From positions 420,001 through 452,000 of the forward strand of contig NZ_JAGIOS010000002.1 in assembly GCF_017876815.1 (NCBI RefSeq): a stretch of 32,000 nt of DNA, given 5' to 3'. Shown here piece by piece: positions 25,441 through 32,000 of the stretch. The notes under the pieces were generated by a model. It ran no database searches. It worked only from the letters and a program-made list of their open reading frames with translations, and was not told the DNA's origin. Source of the DNA: Sinorhizobium meliloti. Lineage in GTDB: Bacteria; Pseudomonadota; Alphaproteobacteria; Rhizobiales; Rhizobiaceae. Every line of letters starts with the position of its first letter. The stretch's first letter is position 1. The position numbers were made by a program, and so were the translations under genes.

Positions 25441-26604
25441 ATGATCCTCAATGGAACTAGCCTGTCTGACGTCATCCGTGGCTTTCTTAGCGACGACCAG
25501 ATATGGGGATATGCAGGCGACGATTATCTCTACGGCGGCGTCGGCAATGACAGGATCTTTGGCGGCGATGGCAATGACTATATCGTCGGCGGCGTCGGCG
25601 ATGACTATGCCGAGGGCGGCGAGGGTAACGATCGGCTCGACGGCGGCCTCGGGAACGATGCGTTCATGGGTGGAATAGGGAACGACATCTTTGACGGCGG
25701 GGAAGGCAACGACGTTCTCGATGGCGGCCATGGCCATGACCAGATGCTGGGCGGTCGGGGACACGACAAGATTTTTGGTGGCGCGGGAGAAGATTACATC
25801 GACGCAGACGAGGGCGACGACATTATTTTTGCTGGGTCCGGAGACGACGGCTTCAACAATCGGGTGAACCCCGCAACGGGCAAGCTGACGCAGCAGGCGG
25901 TAGGTGGTGGCGCCGGCAACGATACCATCTATGGCGAAGGGGGCAACGACGCTCTAAAGGGCCAATCCGGAAACGACCGGGTCTATGGCGGCATCGGCGA
26001 CGACATCGTCGATGGCGGCAACGGAAACAACTATCTCGATGGCGGCGACGGCAACGATGTGTTGGATTCGGAGGGCGGAAGCGACGAAGCCCATGGTGGC
26101 AGCGGCAATGACAGAATCTCGGTGGGGGCCGGTAACGACCGGGCCTTTGGGGATGACGGAGATGACATCCTGACCAGCGGGGCCGGCGACGATTATCTGA
26201 GCGGCGGCATCCATCAGGATCGCCTTTTTGGCGGCACTGGCAATGACACACTGCGGGGTGACGCAGGCCGAGACGTTCTCTCAGGCGACGCGGGAAGCGA
26301 CATACTCTGGGGCGGATCCGATTCCGACCGCTTTGTCTTCAAGGGCTTAGGGGCACTATCTGGCCAGGATACCGTCATGGATTTTCAGGATGGCCTGGAC
26401 TTGCTTGCCATCGAGACGCTCGGGGTCAAGCAGTACTCCAACTCCGGCGCCGCAGGTACGATCTACGCCTACGACGCCACCGGCGGCGACGTGCTGGTGA
26501 AGGGCTACAATTCTGCCGGGAACGCGTTCTCCATCCTGGTGGACGATCCCAACGGCAGTCTCACCGCTGCCAACTTCTCGAGGGCGGACTTCGTTTTCGC
26601 ATAG
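25441..26604 (+). CDS. RTX-type calcium-binding repeat protein (probable type I secretion substrate)
   Basis: More than 20 GGxGxD nonapeptide repeats (GGVGNDRIFGGDGNDYIVGGVGDDY...). There is no N-terminal signal peptide. The C-terminal non-repeat domain ends in DFVFA. Confidence 0.88.
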   Translation: MILNGTSLSDVIRGFLSDDQIWGYAGDDYLYGGVGNDRIFGGDGNDYIVGGVGDDYAEGGEGNDRLDGGLGNDAFMGGIGNDIFDGGEGNDVLDGGHGHDQMLGGRGHDKIFGGAGEDYIDADEGDDIIFAGSGDDGFNNRVNPATGKLTQQAVGGGAGNDTIYGEGGNDALKGQSGNDRVYGGIGDDIVDGGNGNNYLDGGDGNDVLDSEGGSDEAHGGSGNDRISVGAGNDRAFGDDGDDILTSGAGDDYLSGGIHQDRLFGGTGNDTLRGDAGRDVLSGDAGSDILWGGSDSDRFVFKGLGALSGQDTVMDFQDGLDLLAIETLGVKQYSNSGAAGTIYAYDATGGDVLVKGYNSAGNAFSILVDDPNGSLTAANFSRADFVFA

Positions 26605-26925
26605 GCCCGGGGCGATGGCCTAACTGCAGTCGGCAGTCCCATCCACCCGTACCGACCATCGGCTGCGGATAGGTGCTGCACATCCCCCCTCATATCCGAG
26701 CTGGTTAAGCTCGATGAGGAGCCGCGGCTTGCGTTTTAGGTCTGCAAGTCTCGTGTCCATGTCGGCCGAACCTTAGTCCGGCTCATCGATGGCAAAGGTT
26801 CTTAGGCGGAGCGCTGAGCGAAATCATCGAGGCATATTGGAGTTGTCACCCGGAGCGGCATTCTCGTCTGCCGCTCGTGTGAGTGATGCCTTAGAGTGGA
26901 GTTGCCCCCAAAAGACCGGACATGC

Positions 26926-27756
26926 TCAGGTTTGAGATTGCGAGCTGATGAACTCGCGCGGCGATTGATATCCTAAGGCGCTGTGCGGGTGAAGATTATT
27001 GTAATGCTCGAACCAGAACGGCAGTTGCGCCATGACGGTTTCGGCATCCGGGGTGGGGTTCACCGCGACGTAATCGCGCTTGAAGGTTTTGACGAAGGCC
27101 TCGGCCATGCCGTTCGATTGCGGGCTGCGCACCGGCGTCGTGCACGGTTCCATGCCGATGTCGCGGAGCAAGGACGCGGTGTCCTTGGCGATGAAGCAGG
27201 AGCCGTTGTCGGTGAGCCATTCGATGGGTTCGGACAGCATGTTGATGCGGCCGAAGCGGTTCTCCACTGCTGTGATCACGAGGTCCTGCACGTCCTGGCT
27301 CTTGATGCCCTCGGTGGTGGCGACATGGGCGATTGCTTCACGGTCGCAGCAGTCGAGGGCGAAGGCGACCCGGACCTTCTCCTTGTTGTCGCAGCCGATC
27401 TCGAAGCCGTCGGAGCACCATCTGATGTTCGAACGTTCGACAGCGACCTGACCCTCGTGGAGACGATTATCGACCGCTCCGGTGTGGCGCACCAATAGCA
27501 GATTGTGCAGCTTCATCACCCGGTAGACGCGCTTGGCATTTGGCCACGAACGCCCCAGTTTCCGGGCATTCCGACGCAGGATGGCATGGACACGCCGATA
27601 GCCGTAGGTGGGCATATCGGCGATGACGGCCTTGATGTCCTCCACCAGCTCGCGATCAGGTAGTGGCGGGCGTCCTCTGGCTCTGGAAGGGGAGCCTGCG
27701 GCACGCGCGGCGATATTCGAGCGAGCGACACCCAAAGTTTCGCAAACGCTCTTCAT
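26926..27756 (-). CDS. IS transposase OrfB (DDE integrase core)
   Basis: PTYGYRRVHAILRR, NIRWCSDGFEI, ALDCCDRE, WLTDNGSCF and HPHSALGYQSPREF closely parallel IS2 InsD. The frame is open upstream to the A-run at 27796-27803. Confidence 0.85.
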   Translation of the reverse strand: MKSVCETLGVARSNIAARAAGSPSRARGRPPLPDRELVEDIKAVIADMPTYGYRRVHAILRRNARKLGRSWPNAKRVYRVMKLHNLLLVRHTGAVDNRLHEGQVAVERSNIRWCSDGFEIGCDNKEKVRVAFALDCCDREAIAHVATTEGIKSQDVQDLVITAVENRFGRINMLSEPIEWLTDNGSCFIAKDTASLLRDIGMEPCTTPVRSPQSNGMAEAFVKTFKRDYVAVNPTPDAETVMAQLPFWFEHYNNLHPHSALGYQSPREFISSQSQT

Positions 27757-28168
27757 CCCAAAATCCCCCTCGGAAGAGAGAGCGAGCGCAACAGATTTTT
27801 TTTGGGCTACCGGCGATTTCGAGGGCTTCCTTCAGGATTTCGCTCTCCATCGTCTTCTTGCCCAACAGTCGTTGCAACTCCTTCACCTGCGCCTGAAGCG
27901 CCCGGTATTCGGATGCCGGAACAACCTCCTCTTCGGCGGCCGTCGCCGTCAGTGCCCCTTGGGACGCCAGCTTGCGCCAGGCGAACAACTGGTTCGGCTG
28001 GATGCCGTGCCGACGCGCGACGATGCTCACCGTCGCGTCCGCCTCATAGGTCTCGTGGATGATCGCCAGCTTCTCTGCCGTGCTCCAGCGCCGCCGACGT
28101 TCCGGCCCGGAGAGGACTTCCATCTTAAAATTGCTGCTAGTCATATTACCAACATTACTCCTACCCAC
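27656..28168 (-). CDS. IS transposase OrfA (HTH), with an abnormal 3' extension
   Basis: MEVLSGPERRRRWSTAEKLAIIHETYEADATVSIVARRHGIQPNQLFAWRK...LQRLLGKKTMESEILKEALE parallels IS2 InsC. The start is uncertain (28168, 28142 or 28123). Confidence 0.8.
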   Translation of the reverse strand: MGRSNVGNMTSSNFKMEVLSGPERRRRWSTAEKLAIIHETYEADATVSIVARRHGIQPNQLFAWRKLASQGALTATAAEEEVVPASEYRALQAQVKELQRLLGKKTMESEILKEALEIAGSPKKICCARSLFRGGFWDEERLRNFGCRSLEYRRACRRLPFQSQRTPATT

Positions 28169-28454
28169 TTAGCTAAGTGGGGGAGCATGTCCGGGCCTTT
28201 CGGGGGCTAATTCATAGAGCTCCCCGCGTCGTCCCTTCTGGGAAGCTCTGAGGTGCGCACGCTTTACAGGACTTTCAAGGATGCGAGACCGAGACGATCA
28301 CAGCCTACCGGAAGAAAGCGCATCCACTGACGAGAAACCCGCGCCAGACACTCCAAAGAGAACGATTCCATATCGGCGGAAGTCGGTTGGCGTTAACCAC
28401 GAACGCGATACCGCCCGCCTGAAAACGTTGGAATATCTCGGCAGACGGTGGCTG

Positions 28455-28832
28455 TCACACCACTAGCAGTGCCGGCATTAACGCCGGAGCTGCGCGCCGC
28501 TGACTGGCCTCGATCCGCTGCAGGGTCTCGCGCATCACACGCGTAACGATGGAAAGGCTGTTGAGCGTGTTCTCGACAGCCTTCATTGAGGTAGCCGCTT
28601 CGGCCGCCTGCTTCTCCACCGCCGATATTCGGCTCGTGATTATCGATCTACCGGAGGGAGACGTCCGTCAGGCGCTTGTCGAGGCAATCGATGAAATTTG
28701 CCTGCGAATCCTGATTGGCATTCACCCTCTGCCGTGTCGCGCGCCCCACGCTACGAGGCCGCAGCCAAAGCCGAACAGGATCACCAGCGTGTTGACGTCA
28801 TATTCAAACCTCCATTCCAGAGTTGCGACCAT
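28455..28832 (-). pseudogene. Degraded paralog of 20895-21311
   Basis: MVATLEWRFEYDVNTLVILFGFGCGLVAWGA.. then a stop, a frame change, an in-frame TAG, and then ISAVEKQAAEAATSMKAVENTLNSLS... in a third frame. Confidence 0.55.
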
Positions 28833-29089
28833 TTTTCCGGTTTCCTGTGTTTCGGCCAATGCCCTACATGGACGATAGCGATGCGAAATGGGCCGGCCGA
28901 AACGAACCGGCTTCTGACCTCTCGGAAATCGCGGCGCACCGCGCGGTTTACAATTTGCTGGACTTTGCAGCGCAGCTCGCAGGCCGCCGAGAATCTAAAG
29001 GCTCTGAACGCAAGACCGATTGAGCCCATTTCGCTTTTGGTCGAAACCGAAAGATCAGGCTGACGCAAGCCTTCCTGGATGAATGTGTG

Positions 29090-29900
29090 GCTGTGGCTTC
29101 AGCTCCAAGACGCAGGGGGATACCCTCTTCCTCCCCGTAAGGACGAGCCCGTTAACACTGATAGCTGAATCGGTGGAGGATCTGATCTGTGGTTTGCTTC
29201 TGGTTAGCAGCCGCCTCATTCATGGCGGCCAGAGGCTCGTTGCTAACCGCAGAAGGCGACGAGCCTCGCCCAATAAAAGCCGCACCTCGTATCATGCGTA
29301 CCGCTAACCCGCTCCTCGGCCCCGGATCGCGGGTCTTTTGTGTTTTGGAAAGCAAGCCCCTTCTCATCCCATCCCCGAACATGGGATTGGTTCGAGGACG
29401 ACGGGATACATCGCCCGCCGCCTCGCTGGTGCTGCCTGCAGGGTTAGCCAAGCTTGCGACCACACCGACGTATGCGCCTGCATAAGAGGCCTTATCGCTG
29501 CCGGCGCCGCCATCGATCTATCTGCTTGGATGGAGGTGCCTCAAAATGGATTTTGGGCTGGCCGATTCTACCCGATATCACCTGCATCGGGTCGCTATGG
29601 GCGAGGTACGCCCCAATCGTTTCAATGCGCCCTCCCCGGTCAGGCATCTTGTGCCAGGTGAAAAGCGCTTCGTCGGAAAGCGGATTGGCAAAACCCTGAT
29701 TGAGATCGACCATGATTTTCCAGATACCGCGCTCTTGCGGCTGAATATGTTGTCATCGAAATTTTGGCCAATCGGCCTGCTGCCCAGACGATCGCCGAAT
29801 TCCTATTCGGCTCGCAGTGGAGCAACCGTCGAACGCAATTCGTTGATAAGGCTTCGCCCTGTTCGTGTTCTAACGGTCGAGATCCCAAACGTCCGGATTT
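29090..29900 (-). pseudogene. Fic/DOC-family (DUF4172-Fic type) gene remnant, multiply frameshifted
   Basis: MVDLNQGFANPLSDEALFTWHKM...DPMQVISGRIGQPKIHFEAPPS matches the region preceding the Fic core. A decayed core motif NPMFGDGMRRG (versus HPFxDGNGR) lies in another frame. Confidence 0.5.
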
Positions 29901-30158
29901 CGTGCGAAGTACTCATCAGCATTTCTACGAGGACCCGGACTTTGCGAGCGGGGTGCCGACCCGGCGGTCGGACGACATACGCGCCTGCCGAAGGTGGGGA
30001 TAGCGTCTCATAATCGGAACGAGCGTGCCGGAGGCCACATATTCGTGTGTGATGCAATCGGGGAGCCAGGCGATGCCGAGTCGGGCCGCAACCAGAAGGA
30101 ACAGCAAATTGCGTCCAGGCAACGTCGCCCGCTGGCGCATGTCTCCCGTGAAACCCAT
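29803..30158 (-). pseudogene. LysR-family regulator, C-terminal fragment only, frameshifted
   Basis: LLFLLVAARLGIAWLPDCITHEYVASGTLVPIM in one frame and AYVVRPPGRHPARKVRVLVEML in another. The N-terminal HTH is missing. Confidence 0.4.
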
Positions 30159-30831
30159 TGCCGTCCATAGCGGCGGACAAAGGAGGTCTTGATGACCCTC
30201 GTAACGGACTTGATTCGCTTCTTCGTCCTCAAGACTCGGTCCTCGTTCTGATCGACCACCAGCCCTATCAGCTCACAAACGTGAACAGCCACGAACCGCA
30301 GATGCTGGTCAACAATGCGGCGGCTCTGGCGAAGGCTGCCAAGGCCTTCGCCGTGCCCACGATTCTGACGAGCGTGATCGCTGATCGGGGCGGCCGCATC
30401 TTCCCCCAGATCACTGACGTGTTTCCCGGCCAAGAGGTGATCGATCGGACGTTCATCCACACCTGGCAGGATGAGAAGGTCGTGGACGCGGTCAAGGCCA
30501 CCGGCCGCAAGCAGCTCATCCTCGCGGTGGACCGAGATATGCGTTGCGCCGGCGATCCAGGCGCTCGGCGAAGGTTGGGACGTGACGGTTGTCACCGATG
30601 CGTCCGGCGGCACTTCGGTCGAGGCCCACGAGGTCGCCATCCAGCGCATGATCACGGCTGGCGCGAACATGATGACCTGGCTGGCGGTGGCTGCGGAATG
30701 GCAGCGCGGCTGGCCCCGGACATGCCGCCGAGCTTTCGGAGGTGCTCGTGCAGCATGCCGCCGGCAGCGGCATCGCCTTCCTTTGGGAGCAGCAGCTGCT
30801 CAACACGCCGGTGCCAAAGGACGCGGGCTGA
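30158..30831 (+). pseudogene. Isochorismatase-family hydrolase (YcaC-like) with two frame changes
   Basis: DSVLVLIDHQPYQL...ATGRKQLILA in frame 1. TEICVAPAIQALGEGWDVTVVTDASGGTSVEAHEVAIQRMITAGANMMTW in frame 2. AAELSEVLVQHAAGSGIAFLWEQQLLNTPVPKDAG* in frame 3. Confidence 0.6.
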
Positions 30832-30945
30832 TCTGAGCGGGGATGACGAGATTCTTGAACGACGCTTTGTGAGCCGATCGTTTGTCGAGCCTCGTCATCC
30901 CCATTCTGCTTCGCTCCGTATCTTTCAAGAGATTTGCCCCGTACC

Positions 30946-30971
30946 GGAACAAAGCGGAATGCGATTCGGTT
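30946..30971 (+). promoter_or_regulatory. Relaxed GSR-like promoter (GGAAC-N17-GGTT) upstream of ku
   Basis: GGAACAAAG at 30946-30954 shares the extended -35 of the sRNA promoters, and GGTT lies at 30968-30971, 30 nt before ATG 31001. The same relaxed pattern occurs by chance at 2870-2895, so this is weak on its own. Confidence 0.35.
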
Positions 30972-31000
30972 GACTCCCCTGGATATGCAGGGAGTTAGCC

Positions 31001-31885
31001 ATGGCAGTCTCGGCACGAGCCCAATGGAAGGGCTATCTCCGATTTGGTGAAGTCACTGCGCCGGTGGCGCTATATACCGCGACGTCGACCTCCGACCGGA
31101 TCGCCTTCCACACGGTCAACCGCGAGACCGGAAACCGGGTGCGGCGCGAGTTCATTGACAGCGTCTCCGGCAAGCCGGTGGAAAAGGAAGATCAGGTCAA
31201 GGGCTACGAGATCGGCGACGAGCGATATGTGGTGCTCGAGCCGGAGGAAGTCGCCTCAGCCGTTCCGGAGAGCGACAAGACCTTGCGGGTCCAGGCATTC
31301 ATTCCCTGCGACGACGTCGAAAAGGTCTATTTCGACAAGCCCTATTATCTGACACCGGACAAGATGGGCACGGATGCCTTTGCCTTGCTTCGGGAAGGCA
31401 TGCGCAAGAAGAAGGTCGCCGCAATCGCCCAAACGGTCCTCTTCCGGCGCATGCGCACCGTTCTGCTTCGACCGCATGACAAGGGACTGATCGCTACGAC
31501 CCTGAACTTCGACTACGAGGTCCGGAGCGCAAAGGAGGCCTTCAAGGAGATTCCGGACACCAAGATCGAGGGCGAGATGCTCGATCTCGCCAAGCACATC
31601 ATCGGCATGAAGAAGGGCACTTTCTCGGCCGAAGAATTCGACGATCGCTACGAGGCCGCGCTCGCCGATCTGATCAAGGCCAAGCTCGAAGGCAAGTCGC
31701 TGCCGAAACGCGCACCGCCGAAAGTCTCGAAAGCCAATGACCTGCTCGAGGCGCTCCGCCAAAGCGCCGGGATGAAGAAGCCCCCGGCAGCCTCGAAGAA
31801 GCGCGCGGGCAAGGAAAGCGCGGCAAAGACCAAGGCGAAAACGGCTGCAAAGAGCGCGCCCGCCCAGCGCCGCCGCGCCAGCTAG
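31001..31885 (+). CDS. ku: Ku protein (non-homologous end joining)
   Basis: AQWKGYLRFGEVTAPVALYTATS...YVVLEPEEV...FDKPYYLTPD... form the Ku core, and the C-terminal tail is Lys/Ala-rich. Confidence 0.92.
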   Translation: MAVSARAQWKGYLRFGEVTAPVALYTATSTSDRIAFHTVNRETGNRVRREFIDSVSGKPVEKEDQVKGYEIGDERYVVLEPEEVASAVPESDKTLRVQAFIPCDDVEKVYFDKPYYLTPDKMGTDAFALLREGMRKKKVAAIAQTVLFRRMRTVLLRPHDKGLIATTLNFDYEVRSAKEAFKEIPDTKIEGEMLDLAKHIIGMKKGTFSAEEFDDRYEAALADLIKAKLEGKSLPKRAPPKVSKANDLLEALRQSAGMKKPPAASKKRAGKESAAKTKAKTAAKSAPAQRRRAS

Positions 31886-31896
31886 GGAGGTGAACG

Positions 31897-32000
31897 ATGG
31901 CGCCCCCACGCCCATACTGGAAAGGCTACCTGAAGCTCTCGCTCGTCACCTGCCCCGTCTCGATGATGCCGGCGACCAGCGAGTCCGAGAAGGTCCGCTT
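31897..32000 (+). CDS. ku: Second Ku paralog, N-terminal part (runs off the window)
   Basis: MAPPRPYWKGYLKLSLVTCPVSMMPATSESEKVR, with RBS GGGAGG at 31885-31890. Confidence 0.8.
   Translation, partial: MAPPRPYWKGYLKLSLVTCPVSMMPATSESEKVR

Larger units (their letters stand above)
26897..28213 (-). mobile_element. IS3-family, IS2-group insertion sequence (1317 bp) with a 5-bp target duplication
   Basis: The terminal inverted repeats are TGGAGTTGCCCCCAAAAGACCGGACATGCTC and TGAATTAGCCCCCGAAAGGCCCGGACATGCTC, similar to IS2 ends. They are flanked by TAGAG at 26892-26896 and 28214-28218. Confidence 0.9.

Noticed and set aside
25411-26251. Minus-strand ORFs opposite the RTX gene (25411-25764, 25853-26251, 25954-26214)
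   Set aside because: They are periodic antisense artefacts of the GGxGxD repeat coding sequence.
28281-29023. Short plus-strand ORFs 28281-28466 and 28868-29023
   Set aside because: Ribosome-binding sites are weak or absent. They overlap decayed-gene territory next to the IS, and no family is recognised.
13217-32000. Search for a direct repeat of the tRNA-Arg 3' end (attR)
   Set aside because: Only a short chance similarity was seen (for example GCTCGAATCCCACG at ~17214, inside the ligase). There is no convincing repeat, so no island boundary is claimed.
1-32000. CRISPR arrays, rRNA genes, riboswitch-like leaders and known defence-system gene sets
   Set aside because: No regularly spaced short repeats, no rRNA-like sequence, and no nuclease, helicase or methylase clusters were seen on either strand.

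Overview
High-GC alphaproteobacterial DNA, Rhizobiaceae-like (Sinorhizobium/Ensifer or Agrobacterium type). Positions 1-13.2 kb are ordinary core genes. They hold the chvE-gguA sugar-binding/ABC operon with its divergent LysR regulator gbpR, a J-domain-like protein and myo-inositol 2-dehydrogenase idhA. An MHYT-PAS-GGDEF-EAL c-di-GMP protein and a ROK regulator with the xylFHG xylose ABC transporter follow, ending at tRNA-Arg(CCG) (13140-13216). Everything right of the tRNA (13.2-31 kb) looks like an old accessory island with no integrase. It contains short hypothetical genes, diverged internal duplications, an IS2-group IS with a 5-bp target duplication, an IS110 remnant and an RTX-repeat protein. 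It also holds several frameshifted pseudogenes (ATP-dependent DNA ligase, Fic, LysR, isochorismatase) and ends in tandem Ku genes. The most interesting signal is the general-stress-response promoter motif (EcfG/RpoE2 type, GGAAC-N16/17-CGTT). Four exact matches and several near matches all lie in the island, and each sits correctly upstream of a start codon or short transcript. Two exact matches head paralogous non-coding units of about 80 nt that end in terminators and have C-rich loops, so they are candidate stress-induced sRNAs. No CRISPR array, rRNA or recognisable defence system was seen. Many lesions are single-nucleotide indels, so assembly error cannot be separated from real gene decay using the sequence alone.
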